Notes under the pieces: model-generated
The model's input: the letters and a program-made list of their open reading frames with translations, nothing else
Databases searched by the model: none
Told to the model about the DNA's origin: nothing
Made by a program: the position numbers and the translations under genes
NCBI GenBank assembly: GCA_963788875.1
Contig: CAWBIQ010000014.1
Coordinates: 11,113-75,112, forward strand
Source of the DNA: an uncultured Actinomycetes bacterium
Lineage (GTDB): Bacteria > Actinomycetota > Thermoleophilia > Gaiellales > Gaiellaceae
Direction: 5' to 3'
DNA length: 64,000 nucleotides
Shown here: positions 47,381 through 56,808 of the stretch, piece by piece
Position numbering within the stretch: the stretch's first letter is position 1
How the letters are laid out: every line of letters begins with the position of its first letter

Positions 47381-50314
47381 GTGGAGCGGAAGCTGGCCAC
47401 CGTCCTCTTCGTCGACCTCGTCGCGTCCACGGAGTTCGTCGCCGGGGACGATCCGGAGGTCGTGCGCCGCCGCGTGAGCCGCTTCTTCGACCAGGTCTCG
47501 CACTGCATCGTCACGCACGGGGGAACGGTCGAGAAGTTCGCGGGCGACGCGGTGATGGCCGCCTTCGGCATCCCGCTCGCGCACGAGGACGACGCCGAGC
47601 GCGCCGTCCGCGCCGGCCTGGCGACGCTCCAGCGGGTCACCGAGCTCGGCCTCGAGGCCCGGGTCGGGATCGAGTCGGGCGAGGTGGTCGCCGACGACAG
47701 CGAGTCCACCTTCGCCACCGGCGAGGCCGTCAACCTCGCCGCGCGCCTCCAGCAGGCTGCGCAGCAGGGTGAGATCCTCGTCGGCCCCGGCACCGCGAGC
47801 CTCGTCCGCGACCGCGTCGAGCTCGAGCCGGTCGGCCCGCTCGAGCTGCGTGGCTGGCGGGAGCCCGTGAACGCGCACCGGGTGCTGTGCGCCGTGGAGC
47901 TCGGCGCGCCCGTCCGCCCGCTCGCCGCGCCGCTCGTCGGCCGCGAAGCGGAGCTCGAGCTGCTCGAGAACACGTTCCAGCGCACCGTGCGCGACCGGCG
48001 CGCCTCGCTCTTCACGATCTACGGGGACGTCGGCGTGGGGAAGAGCCGGCTCGCGCGCGAGTTCGCCGCCTCGGTCGAGGGCGCGACCGTCCTCTCCGGC
48101 CGCTGCCTTCCGTACGGCGAAGGGGTCACGTACTGGCCGATCGCCGAGATGGTGAAGGCGTCCGCCGGGATCCGCGACGACGATCCGCTCGAGGAGGCGC
48201 ACCAGAAGCTGCGGGCCTGCTGCGAGGACGAGGCCGTCGCCGACCTGCTCGGCCTCGCCGTCGGCGTCCTGGAGGCCGTGGAGGGCGAGCGGAACCAGCA
48301 GGAGATCGCGTGGGCCGCGCGCGCCTGGGCGGAGCAGCTCGCGCTGGCGCAGCCGCTCGTGCTCGTGTTCGAGGACGTCCACTGGGGCGAGGAGCCGCTG
48401 CTCGACCTGATCGAGCACCTGGCTGCCTGGGTGCGCGAGGCGCCGCTGCTTCTGCTCTGCCTCGCGCGCACCGAGCTGCTCGACGTCCGCCCGACCTGGG
48501 GCGGGGGCCGCGTCCGCTCGACCGCGATCGAGCTCGAGGGTCTGCAGCCGGACGAGAGCGCGCAGCTCGTCGAGGCGCTGACCCGCGAGCTCGAGCTGCC
48601 CGTCGACACGGCGACCGTGCTCGCGAAGACGGAGGGCAACCCGCTCTTCGTCGAGGAGACCGTGCGGATGCTCGCCGAGCGGCCGCGCGGCGGCGCCGAG
48701 CGGATTCCCGACACGCTCCAGGCGCTGATCGCCGCGCGGATCGACCGGCTGCCCGTCGCGCAGCGGATCCTGCTTCAGCGCGCCGCCGTCATGGGGCGGA
48801 TCTTCATGAGCGGCGCGCTCGCACACCTGTCGCCGGAGATCGAGAACGCCGGCGACGCGCTCGACGAGCTGCTGCTGCGCGACCTGCTCGTGCACGAGCA
48901 GCGTGCGACGATCAGCGGCGAGGACGCCTTCAAGTTCAAGCACGTCCTCATCCGCGAGGTCGCCTACGCCGGGCTCGCGAAGAGCGCGCGGGCCGAGCTG
49001 CACCACGGCTTCGCGGGCTGGCTCGGCGAGCGCACGGGCGACGAGCTCGTCGAGATTCGCGCCTTCCACCTCGACCAGGCGACGCGGCTGCTCGGCGAGC
49101 TGGACGGCGCAGCGCCTGCGGAGCTCGCCGAGGAGGCGGCGGAAGCGCTCACGCACGCCGCCCGGCGTGCCATGTCGCGGGAGGCGTACCGGAGCGCACG
49201 CAAGCTCCTGCTCCGCGCGATCGACCTCGCGCCGACGCTCGAGCGCCGCTATCTCGCCGGCAGGGCGGCGTGGCGTCTCGCGGACATGACGGCAGTGGTG
49301 ATCGAGATGAAGGAGGTGGCCGCGGCGGCGCACGAGGCGGGCGAGCTTCGGCTCGAAGGCCGCGCTCTGACCGCGCTCGCGGAGGGGACGCTGCACCACG
49401 CGGCCGACGCCATGACCGCGCGGCGGCTCGTGGCCGACGCGGTCGAGGTGCTGCGCGACGAGCCGCCGGAGATCCGGTTCGAGCCGCTCTGGGTCGCGTC
49501 GCAGGTCGCCGCATGGTTCGGCGACAGTGCCGAGTTCGAGTTCTGGGCGAAGCTCGCGCTCGAGGCCGCGCGCGCCGCGGAGCGCAAGGACCTCGAGGCA
49601 GTCGTCACGCACGGCCTCGCGACCGCGTACATCAACCGGCTCGAGCTGGAGGAGGCAGCGCCGCTCGTGGCCCGGGCCGCGGAGCTCGCGGAGGCGAGCG
49701 GCAGCATCCTCGGGCGGGCTTCGTCGCTCAGCGTGCGCGGCTGGCTCGACCTGCTCAGCGAGCGCCCGGCGGAGGCCGAAGCGGCGTTCACCGCCGCGCG
49801 CGAGCTCTACGCGGAGACGGGCAACACGACGCGCGAGGCGGTCGTCACGATGATGCTCTCGCGCACGGCGCTCGCCGACGGCGATCTCGACCGGGCGGAG
49901 AAGCTCCTGCGCGACGTCGTGCGGACGCTGAAGGGGCTCCACGACCGCGGCTCGCTGTGCGAGGCGCAGCGGATGCTCGCGATGGTGCTCGTGCGGAAGG
50001 GGCGGCTGGACGAGGCGGAGCGCTTCGCGCTCGAGGCCCGCGAGACGGTGGGGCCCGAGGACCGGGTCTCGCTGTCGACGACGAGGCTCGCGCTCGGCGT
50101 CGTGCGCGCGGCCCAGGGGCGGGACGACGAGGCGGAGGCGCTGCTGCGGGAGTCGGCGGACGCGCTCGCCCAGTACGGGCTGCGCGCGCCGGAGCGGGAG
50201 GTGCTCTTCTACCTCGCCGAGTTCCTGCGCGAGCGCGGGCGTGACGAGGAGGCGGCGCTCTACGAGGCCCGCTGCGCCGAGCTCGCGCCGGCCAGCACGG
50301 CGCCGATCGCCTGA
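47381..50314 (+). CDS. Class III adenylate/guanylate cyclase fused to AAA-type ATPase and TPR/helical repeats (large ATP-binding regulator family, no HTH seen)
   Basis: ERKLATVLFVDLVASTEF..GGTVEKFAGDAVMAAFG..GEAVNLAARL, P-loop YGDVGVGKSRLA, VLVFEDVHWGEEPLLDL, and a long Ala/Leu-rich TPR-like tail. The start was moved to GTG 47381 (TACCAT-N7-GTG), because ATG 47333 lies inside the divergent PMM -10 box. Confidence 0.8.
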   Translation: MERKLATVLFVDLVASTEFVAGDDPEVVRRRVSRFFDQVSHCIVTHGGTVEKFAGDAVMAAFGIPLAHEDDAERAVRAGLATLQRVTELGLEARVGIESGEVVADDSESTFATGEAVNLAARLQQAAQQGEILVGPGTASLVRDRVELEPVGPLELRGWREPVNAHRVLCAVELGAPVRPLAAPLVGREAELELLENTFQRTVRDRRASLFTIYGDVGVGKSRLAREFAASVEGATVLSGRCLPYGEGVTYWPIAEMVKASAGIRDDDPLEEAHQKLRACCEDEAVADLLGLAVGVLEAVEGERNQQEIAWAARAWAEQLALAQPLVLVFEDVHWGEEPLLDLIEHLAAWVREAPLLLLCLARTELLDVRPTWGGGRVRSTAIELEGLQPDESAQLVEALTRELELPVDTATVLAKTEGNPLFVEETVRMLAERPRGGAERIPDTLQALIAARIDRLPVAQRILLQRAAVMGRIFMSGALAHLSPEIENAGDALDELLLRDLLVHEQRATISGEDAFKFKHVLIREVAYAGLAKSARAELHHGFAGWLGERTGDELVEIRAFHLDQATRLLGELDGAAPAELAEEAAEALTHAARRAMSREAYRSARKLLLRAIDLAPTLERRYLAGRAAWRLADMTAVVIEMKEVAAAAHEAGELRLEGRALTALAEGTLHHAADAMTARRLVADAVEVLRDEPPEIRFEPLWVASQVAAWFGDSAEFEFWAKLALEAARAAERKDLEAVVTHGLATAYINRLELEEAAPLVARAAELAEASGSILGRASSLSVRGWLDLLSERPAEAEAAFTAARELYAETGNTTREAVVTMMLSRTALADGDLDRAEKLLRDVVRTLKGLHDRGSLCEAQRMLAMVLVRKGRLDEAERFALEARETVGPEDRVSLSTTRLALGVVRAAQGRDDEAEALLRESADALAQYGLRAPEREVLFYLAEFLRERGRDEEAALYEARCAELAPASTAPIA

Positions 50315-51096
50315 GTCGACGCCTCGTCGGGCGACTCGCTGATCACCGTCGCCGGCCGCTCGAAGCGGGCGAGCGCGTCACGCAGGGGCTCGGCGCGCAG
50401 CGTTCCTTCCCCGTAGGGCAGGTGCTTCGTCTCGTTGCGGTTCGCGAAGGCGATGTCCGAGAAGTGGATGTGGAAGGGGATGCCGGGCGCGAGCAGCGCG
50501 TCCACGCGTGCAAGCGGAGCCGCGAACGCCTCGACCTCCGTGAACGCGCCGTCGCTCGTGGCGTGCATGTGCGCGAAGTCGAGCACCGGGCGGACGAAGT
50601 CCGTTCCCGCCGCGATCTCGAGCACGTCGTCCACGCTGCCGAGGTCGCGGACGCGCCCCATCACCTCGACACCGAAGGGGACGAGCCGGTCCTTCTTCTC
50701 GAGGCGGGCGCGGAGGTCGCCGAGCTGGGCGACGACGTCGGCGATCGCCTGCTCCCGCTCGCGGCCGAGGAAGAAGCCCGGATGGACGACGATCAGCTCC
50801 GCCCCCGCGGCCTTCGCGATGCCGGCGGTGTGGTCGAGCATCCCGAGGGCCATGTTGAACTTCTTGCCGCGGTCGGCATGGCCCATGAACGCCGCCAGCG
50901 GTGCGTGCACCGAGAGGGCGATTCCGACCGCGCGCAACGCCGCTCCGAGCTGCGGTGCGGCCTCGTAGTCGAGCCAGAAGCCGCCGGCGAAGCCGATCTC
51001 ACACGCGGTGTAGCCGGATGCGGCGAGCGCCGCGGCGGCGCCCTCGAACGTCTCGGCTTCCGGGAGCCCCGAGGGACCGAATCGTGTGACGCCCAC
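50260..51096 (-). CDS. Xylose-isomerase-like TIM-barrel protein (sugar phosphate isomerase/epimerase or endonuclease IV-like)
   Basis: GYTACEIGFAGGFW, SVHAP, ELIVVHPGF, FGVEVMG, DFAHMHA and HIHFSD. GTG 51096; this is the last 279 codons of ORF 50260..52080. The 3' end overlaps the convergent cyclase gene by 55 nt. Confidence 0.7.
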   Translation of the reverse strand: MGVTRFGPSGLPEAETFEGAAAALAASGYTACEIGFAGGFWLDYEAAPQLGAALRAVGIALSVHAPLAAFMGHADRGKKFNMALGMLDHTAGIAKAAGAELIVVHPGFFLGREREQAIADVVAQLGDLRARLEKKDRLVPFGVEVMGRVRDLGSVDDVLEIAAGTDFVRPVLDFAHMHATSDGAFTEVEAFAAPLARVDALLAPGIPFHIHFSDIAFANRNETKHLPYGEGTLRAEPLRDALARFERPATVISESPDEASTQAIGAVLAGASSAQRAS

Positions 51097-51110
51097 GCGA
51101 GGAGCGTACG

Positions 51111-52328
51111 TCAGAGGCCGAGCGCGAGCGCGACCCAGAGCAGCGCGACGAGAATGAGCGGGCCGGCGGCTGCGGCGAACGCGACGCGCTGTCCGCGGAC
51201 GAGCCGGTAGGGCCGCGGCAGGGCGCGGTGGGCGAGCAGTGCGAGGAAGACGAGCACGAAGGGCAGGAGCAGCGCGTTGAGGATTTCGACGTTCACAGCG
51301 AGCCGGACGAGCGAGCCGCTCGCGAGCACGAGCGCGGCGCCCCCGGCGACGACGGCCGTGTACAGCGCGTAGAAGGGCCGGGCGTGCCGGATCGAGCGGT
51401 TCAGGTCGCGCGGCTTGCCGAGCGCCTCGGCCACCGCCCAGGTCGCGGCGAGCGAGACGACGATGCCGGCGACGAGCGCCGCACCGCCGATCCCGAGTGC
51501 GAGGATGACGCGGCCCGCGGTGCCGCCGAGCGCGGGGGCGAGAGCGGTCGCGAGCTGGCCGATCGTGCGCAGCGGCCCGGCGCTGTGGAGGCGGGCGGCC
51601 GCGGCGACGAGCACGGCTCCCATCACGATCTGCGTCACGACCGCCCCGGCGACGACGTCGAGCCGCGCCACGCGGAGGTTCCGGGAGGTCAGCCCTTTCT
51701 GCACGATCGCGCTCTGCTGGTAGAAGATCATCCAGGGCATCACGACCGCGCCGACGTTCGCCGCGACGAGCGCGAGGTAGCTGTGGTTGCCGAGGGGCTG
51801 CGACGACACGAACCCGCCCGCAACGGCGCCGGCATGCGGGTGCGCGAGCACCGCCGCGACGACGAACACGAGCTCGAGCGAGCCGAGCGCGAGCCCCACC
51901 ACCTCGACACGCCGGTAGCCGCCGGTGACGACGAGCAGGACGAGGGCGGAGGCGGCGATCGGCACCGTCGCGGCCCGCGGCACGCCGAACAGCTCGCCGA
52001 CGCCGGCGAGGCCGGCGAACTCCGTGACGAGGGCGCCGAGGACGGTCACGACGAGCGTGGCGACGGCGGCCGCCGCCCACGTGCTGCCGAAATGCTCGCG
52101 GATCAGCTCCGTGAAGCCCTTGCCGGTGGTGATCGCCAGCCGCGCCGAGAGCTCCAGCACGACGATGAGCACCGGCACGAGGGCAAGCTGGACGAGCAGG
52201 AGCCGGTAGCCCCAGGTTGCCCCTGACTGAGCCGCTGTGACGACGCTGCCGGCGTCCGTGTCCGCGAGCATCACCATCAGGCCCGGCCCGACGACGGCCA
52301 GCAGAAGCGGGAGGCGGACCCTGGGCAT
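51111..52328 (-). CDS. mntH: NRAMP-family divalent metal (Mn2+/Fe2+) transporter
   Basis: VGPGLMVMLADTDAGSVVTAAQSGATWGY, and NVGAVVMPWMIFYQQS (DPGN and MPH motifs in variant form). About 11 TM segments. ATG 52328 is internal to ORF 51111..52628. Confidence 0.8.
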   Translation of the reverse strand: MPRVRLPLLLAVVGPGLMVMLADTDAGSVVTAAQSGATWGYRLLLVQLALVPVLIVVLELSARLAITTGKGFTELIREHFGSTWAAAAVATLVVTVLGALVTEFAGLAGVGELFGVPRAATVPIAASALVLLVVTGGYRRVEVVGLALGSLELVFVVAAVLAHPHAGAVAGGFVSSQPLGNHSYLALVAANVGAVVMPWMIFYQQSAIVQKGLTSRNLRVARLDVVAGAVVTQIVMGAVLVAAAARLHSAGPLRTIGQLATALAPALGGTAGRVILALGIGGAALVAGIVVSLAATWAVAEALGKPRDLNRSIRHARPFYALYTAVVAGGAALVLASGSLVRLAVNVEILNALLLPFVLVFLALLAHRALPRPYRLVRGQRVAFAAAAGPLILVALLWVALALGL

Positions 52329-52433
52329 GGGACCAGCCTGCCCCGCGCGCGGCCGGGTCGCATCCGCAGCCGCCCGGAGCCCCTTGCGGGGCGTCCGCAG
52401 GTTCCGTCCGACCCCTTCTCTACGGTTTTCGGC

Positions 52434-52664
52434 ATGGCCAACCACCCCTCCCGGATCGACCTGCTCGAGCTGGACATCGACCTCCGCCTGACCGATCTCT
52501 GGCGGGAAGCGGCCGACATCTCCGAGTGGAGCCTCGACGTCGTCGCAGCCTTCATGCGGGCCGCCTACGGCAAGGGCTATTGCGACGCGCTGACCGAGGA
52601 CTCGCCCGGCTCGCTCTGCCACGACCACGGCTACCGCGTCCCCGGACGCGCTGCTGCCGCCTGA
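52434..52664 (+). CDS. Small hypothetical protein (76 aa)
   Basis: TACGGT-N7-ATG leaderless-type start supports expression. Sequence IDLLELDIDLRLTDLWREAADISEWSLDVVAAFMRAAYGKGYCDAL. Confidence 0.5.
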   Translation: MANHPSRIDLLELDIDLRLTDLWREAADISEWSLDVVAAFMRAAYGKGYCDALTEDSPGSLCHDHGYRVPGRAAAA

Positions 52665-52770
52665 GACGCTGCGCGTTTCAGGCGGGGGAGAGGTTGTGCT
52701 CCGCTTATGTGACGTTAGCCTCCGGCCCGGGCGCCGAGGGGAGGTTTACGGCCGCCGGCGGTCGACGGCG

Positions 52771-52799
52771 GCGGCCAGGTCGCGGCGCGACCTGGTCGC
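52771..52799. repeat. Hairpin GCGGCCAGGTCGCG-G-CGCGACCTGGTCGC (intergenic hairpin repeat family, inverted relative to the 20756 copy)
   Basis: The reverse complement of 52771-52812 reads GGTCTACGACTGCGACCAGGTCGCG-C-CGCGACCTGGCCGC. Its first 24 nt are identical to 20746-20769. Confidence 0.7.
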
Positions 52800-52834
52800 A
52801 GTCGTAGACCCTGGGCCTCGGTACACTCTCGGCT

Positions 52835-53239
52835 GTGCGTCGGAGCCCGGCCCGCCTCGTCATCGCGCTCTCGGTGGCCGCCGTTCTGGCGGTCTTCATC
52901 CTCTACACCGCGATCGCGGGGAATGCGACGACCCAGCTCTCGCCGAGCGCGCTCGACGGTGCGACCGGGCACGTGGCGCTCATCGGCATGGTTGTCGGCA
53001 AGCCGACGGGCGACTCGCACAGCGCCGCCGGCATGCGCTTCCGGCTGAAGGACGTCAGCGGCACGTCGGCAGCTCGCGTCCTCGTCGACTACCACGGGAG
53101 CGTTCCCGACCTCTTCAAGCCAACCGCGCACGTCGTGCTGAGCGGCAGGCTCAAGAGTGGCGTCTTCGTCGCCGACACGGGCTCGCTCGTGACGAAGTGC
53201 CCCTCGAAGTACGCGCCCGCGAAGAGCAAGAAGACGTAG
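52835..53239 (+). CDS. ccmE: Cytochrome c maturation heme chaperone CcmE, Cys-variant (CxxxY)
   Basis: An N-terminal TM anchor, an OB-fold region (MRFRLKDVSG..VLVDYHGSVPDLFK..HVVLSGRL) and the C-terminal LVTKCPSKY where canonical CcmE has LAKHDENY. TACACT-N7-GTG start. Confidence 0.8.
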   Translation: MRRSPARLVIALSVAAVLAVFILYTAIAGNATTQLSPSALDGATGHVALIGMVVGKPTGDSHSAAGMRFRLKDVSGTSAARVLVDYHGSVPDLFKPTAHVVLSGRLKSGVFVADTGSLVTKCPSKYAPAKSKKT

Positions 53240-53240
53240 C

Positions 53241-55202
53241 TTGGCCGCGCTCGGCCGCGTCGCGCTCCTTCTGAGCTTCGGTCTCGTCGCGTACGCGCTC
53301 GTCGGCGGCTCGTTCGCCGCGTACACGCGCCGGCGCCGGCTCGCCGTCTCGGCGCAGAACGCGCTCCTCGCAGCGTTCGGGACGACGCTCGTCGCCGCGG
53401 CGGTGCTGCTCTCGGCGCTGGCCCGGCACGACTTCTCCTTCGTCTACGTCGCCGCGCACACGAGCCGCTCGCTGCCGCTCGGCTACACCCTCTCCGCCTT
53501 CTGGGGCGGCCAGGAGGGGTCGCTCCTGCTCTGGCTCGTGATCCTCACCGGCTACGCGGCTCTGGCCGTGTGGCTGAACCGCCGCTCGCACCAGTTGATC
53601 GCCTGGGTCGTGCCGGTGCTCGGCGGCATCGCCCTCTTCTTCGCCTTCATGCTCTGCTTCGTCTCGAGCCCGTTCAAGCAGGCGGTTGCACCTGCAGACG
53701 GGGCGGGGATGGTGGCGAGCCTGCAGAACCCCTACATGCTCGCCCACCCGCCCATGCTCTACCTCGGCTACGTCGGGCTGACGATCCCGTTCGCGTTCGC
53801 GATGGGTGCGCTCCTCTCCGGGCGCACCGACGAGCGCTGGATCGTCGCGACGCGGCGCTGGACGCTCGCCGCGTGGACGTTCCTCGGCGTCGGCCAGCTG
53901 CTCGGCGCGCACTGGGCGTACGTCGAGATCGGCTGGGGCGGCTACTACGCGTGGGACCCGGTCGAGAACGCCGCGCTGATGCCGTGGCTCGCGGCGACCG
54001 CATTCCTGCACTCGGTGATGATCCAGGAGAAGCGCGGGATGCTGAAGGTCTGGAACATGGTGCTGGTCGCGCTCGCCTTCAACCTCTCGATCCTCGGCAC
54101 GTTCCTCACGCGCTCGGGTGTGGTCAACTCGATCCACTCGTTCTCGCAGAGCTCGATCGGCGGCTGGTTCCTCGGCTTCATCGTCGGCTGCGTCGTCTTC
54201 TCCGTCGGACTCATCTACCTGCGCCTCCCGCTGCTGCGCGCGCGGACGAAGCTCGAATCGCTCGTCTCGCGCGAAGCCACGTTCCTCTACAACAACCTCC
54301 TGCTCGTCGCGCTCGCGCTCACGATCCTCTGGGGCGTGATGTATCCGCTGCTGACGCAGGCCGTGACGGGCGAGACCCGCTCCGTGTCGAAGCCGTACTA
54401 CAACTTCTTCCTGCACAGCTTCGGTCTACCCCTGCTGCTGCTGATGGGGATCGGGCCGCTCGTCGCCTGGCGGCGGGCGTCGCTGCGCGCGCTCGGAAAG
54501 ACGTTCGCGATTCCGGCGGCCGCTTCGCTCGTCACCGGTGTCGCGCTCATCGCGGTCGGTCTCGGCAGCTCGACCCCCGGCCTGCTCGCCTACACCTTCT
54601 CCGCGTTCGTGCTCGCGTCGATCGTGCTCGAGTTCGTGCGCGGGTCGCTCGCCACAGGATCGCTCTGGCGGCTCGTAGGCAAGAACAGGCGCCGGTACGG
54701 GGGCTACGTCGTCCACGCGTCGGTGCTCCTCCTCGCGATCGGGATCGCCGGCTCGAGCGCGTACCAGACGATCCGTGAGCGCGGCCTGAAGGTGGGCCAG
54801 TCGATGGAGGTCGCCGGGTACACGCTCACGTACCGGTCGCTCGAGAACACACAGCATTCGAACTCGCAATCGACGAGCGCGACGGTCGACGTCACGCGCG
54901 GCGGCTCGCATGTCGCCACGCTCCACCCCGGGAAGAGCTTCTTCCCGGTCGAGCAGGACTTCGGCAACGACGTCTCGATCTACCACGACCCGCGCAACCT
55001 CGGCGACGTCTTCACCATCGCCGACCAGTTCGACAAGAACGGCACGCTCTTCCTCAAGGTGCTCGTGAAGCCGCTCGTGAACCTCGTCTGGGCGGCTGGC
55101 CTCCTCTTCGTCTTCGGCTCGCTCGTCACCCTCTGGCCGGATGCGGTCGAGCAGCGCCGGCTGGCCCAGCGCTACGAGGGTGCCGCTGCGGCGAGGACGT
55201 GA
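53241..55202 (+). CDS. ccmF: Cytochrome c-type biogenesis heme lyase CcmF
   Basis: WWD domain GAHWAYVEIGWGGYYAWDPVENAALMPWL and conserved His-containing TM segments, with about 15 TM helices. TTG start 1 nt after the ccmE stop. Confidence 0.9.
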   Translation: MAALGRVALLLSFGLVAYALVGGSFAAYTRRRRLAVSAQNALLAAFGTTLVAAAVLLSALARHDFSFVYVAAHTSRSLPLGYTLSAFWGGQEGSLLLWLVILTGYAALAVWLNRRSHQLIAWVVPVLGGIALFFAFMLCFVSSPFKQAVAPADGAGMVASLQNPYMLAHPPMLYLGYVGLTIPFAFAMGALLSGRTDERWIVATRRWTLAAWTFLGVGQLLGAHWAYVEIGWGGYYAWDPVENAALMPWLAATAFLHSVMIQEKRGMLKVWNMVLVALAFNLSILGTFLTRSGVVNSIHSFSQSSIGGWFLGFIVGCVVFSVGLIYLRLPLLRARTKLESLVSREATFLYNNLLLVALALTILWGVMYPLLTQAVTGETRSVSKPYYNFFLHSFGLPLLLLMGIGPLVAWRRASLRALGKTFAIPAAASLVTGVALIAVGLGSSTPGLLAYTFSAFVLASIVLEFVRGSLATGSLWRLVGKNRRRYGGYVVHASVLLLAIGIAGSSAYQTIRERGLKVGQSMEVAGYTLTYRSLENTQHSNSQSTSATVDVTRGGSHVATLHPGKSFFPVEQDFGNDVSIYHDPRNLGDVFTIADQFDKNGTLFLKVLVKPLVNLVWAAGLLFVFGSLVTLWPDAVEQRRLAQRYEGAAAART

Positions 55203-55528
55203 TGGCGCTCGCGCTCGCCCTTGGTGCCATGCTCGCCGCCCTTGTCGTCGTGTTCGTCGCGCGGCCGTTCCTGCGCGAGCCGGTTCCCCTGAGCGACCGC
55301 CTCGACGAGCCCGGCGCGGTCGACCGGTTGCGACTCGAGCGGCTCGAGGAGCGCGACCGCGCGCTCTCGGCGCTCAAGGAGCTCGAGTTCGACCATCGCA
55401 CCGGGAAGGTCACCGACGACGACTACCGCGAGCAGGTCGGACCCCTGCGGCGGCGCGCCGCGGAGACCCTGCGGGCGCTAGAACCCCGAGCCGACGCCCG
55501 GCCGGCGCAGGTCGGCAGCAGCCGCTAG
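55199..55528 (+). CDS. Membrane-anchored coiled-coil protein (109 aa), coupled to ccmF
   Basis: The GTG overlaps the ccmF stop (GTGA). One N-terminal TM (ALALALGAMLAALVVVFVA) is followed by ERLEERDRALSALKELEFDHRTGKVTDDDY. There is no CxxC motif, so it is not a CcmG/H. Confidence 0.55.
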   Translation: MMALALALGAMLAALVVVFVARPFLREPVPLSDRLDEPGAVDRLRLERLEERDRALSALKELEFDHRTGKVTDDDYREQVGPLRRRAAETLRALEPRADARPAQVGSSR

Positions 55529-55551
55529 GCGGGCGCCGGGGAGGGAGGGCT

Positions 55552-56760
55552 GTGCGTGCGCCGAAAGTGTCCGCTATGGCGCGCCGCGTCCTGCTCCTGC
55601 TTGTCCTCGCGTTGGGGCTTGCGGCGCCTGCGCTCGCGGGTGACGGCCTCGGACAGCAGAAGGCGACCCTCGACGCGAAGCTCGCCGCGGTCCAGGCGAA
55701 GATCGCGCGCGAGCATGCGCGCGAGTCGGCGCTGAACGGACAGATCGGCGGGCTCACGACGCAGATCCGCTCGCTCGAGGCGCGCGTCGGGGACGTGTCG
55801 AGCAAGCTCTCGGCGCTCCAGGCCGACGTCGCCTTGCACCAGCGACGGCTCGCGAAGCTCAACGAGCTCTACCGCCTGCAGACGACCCGCTTCCGCAACC
55901 TCCGGCGCGAGTACACGATCTCGGTGCAGCGGCTCGACCAGCGGCTCGTCACGATCTACAAGCAGAGCAGCCCCTCGACGGTGGAGATCCTCCTCGCGGC
56001 GCGGAGCTTCCAGGACGTCCTCGACGAGTTCGACTATCTCGGCGCGATCGCGGCGCAGGACAAGAAGGTGGCCGCCCAGGTGGCGACGGCGAAGCGGGCC
56101 GTGGAGCGCGCGCGGGCCAGGACCGCGGCCATGCGCCGGAGCTTGCAGCAGGAGACGCGCGTGATCGATGCGCGCGCGCAGCAGCAGGCGATCCTGCGCG
56201 GCGAGCTGCTCTCGAGTCGCGACAAGCTGGCGACCACACGGGCAGGCAAGTCGCACGCGCTCGTCGCGACGAAGGCGCAGGAGCAGGCAGAGATCCAGGA
56301 GTCGCAGGCGATCCAGGCAGCGAGTGCGGCGATCGCCGCGAAGCTGCAGGCAGGCTCGTCGACCTCCAACCAGACCGCGGCGACCCCGTCCGCCGCCGGG
56401 TTCATCTGGCCGGTGTCGGGCCCGATCACGAGCCCCTTCGGCATGCGCTGGGGAACGCTCCACCCGGGCATCGACATCGGCGTCCCGACGGGTACGCCCA
56501 TCCACGCGGCGGCGGCCGGCACCGTCGTCTACTGCGGCTGGGAGGAGGGCTACGGCAACCTCGTCGTGATCGACCATCACAACGGCCTCGGCACGGCGTA
56601 CGGTCACCAGTCGCGCATCGCCGTCAGCTGCGGCCAGAACGTGAGCCAAGGTGACATCATTGGCTACTCAGGCTGCACGGGCTTCTGCACGGGGCCCCAC
56701 GTTCACTTCGAAGTCAGAGTGAACGGAAGCCCGGTCGACCCCCTCGGCTATCTCCCGTGA
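55552..56760 (+). CDS. Secreted coiled-coil M23 metallopeptidase (EnvC-like murein hydrolase/activator)
   Basis: SD GGAGGGAGG precedes GTG 55552; an alternative ATG is at 55576. A signal peptide and a long Q/A/L coiled coil are followed by the M23 core HPGIDIGVPTGTPIHAAAAGTV..YGNLVVIDH..GYSGCTGFCTGPHVHFEV. Confidence 0.85.
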   Translation: MRAPKVSAMARRVLLLLVLALGLAAPALAGDGLGQQKATLDAKLAAVQAKIAREHARESALNGQIGGLTTQIRSLEARVGDVSSKLSALQADVALHQRRLAKLNELYRLQTTRFRNLRREYTISVQRLDQRLVTIYKQSSPSTVEILLAARSFQDVLDEFDYLGAIAAQDKKVAAQVATAKRAVERARARTAAMRRSLQQETRVIDARAQQQAILRGELLSSRDKLATTRAGKSHALVATKAQEQAEIQESQAIQAASAAIAAKLQAGSSTSNQTAATPSAAGFIWPVSGPITSPFGMRWGTLHPGIDIGVPTGTPIHAAAAGTVVYCGWEEGYGNLVVIDHHNGLGTAYGHQSRIAVSCGQNVSQGDIIGYSGCTGFCTGPHVHFEVRVNGSPVDPLGYLP

Positions 56761-56769
56761 TGGAGCTCC

Positions 56770-56793
56770 GCGACCTGGTCTCAACCTGGTCGC
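56770..56793. repeat. Hairpin GCGACCTGGTC-TCA-ACCTGGTCGC (intergenic hairpin repeat family, one stem mismatch)
   Basis: Lies between convergent M23 and hpt. Its right flank AGCCGTTGACCTCCGCTAC parallels TGCCGTTCACCGCTAC after the 20756 copy. In both, CTA is the stop codon of the minus-strand gene. Confidence 0.6.
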
Positions 56794-56808
56794 AGCCGTT
56801 GACCTCCG

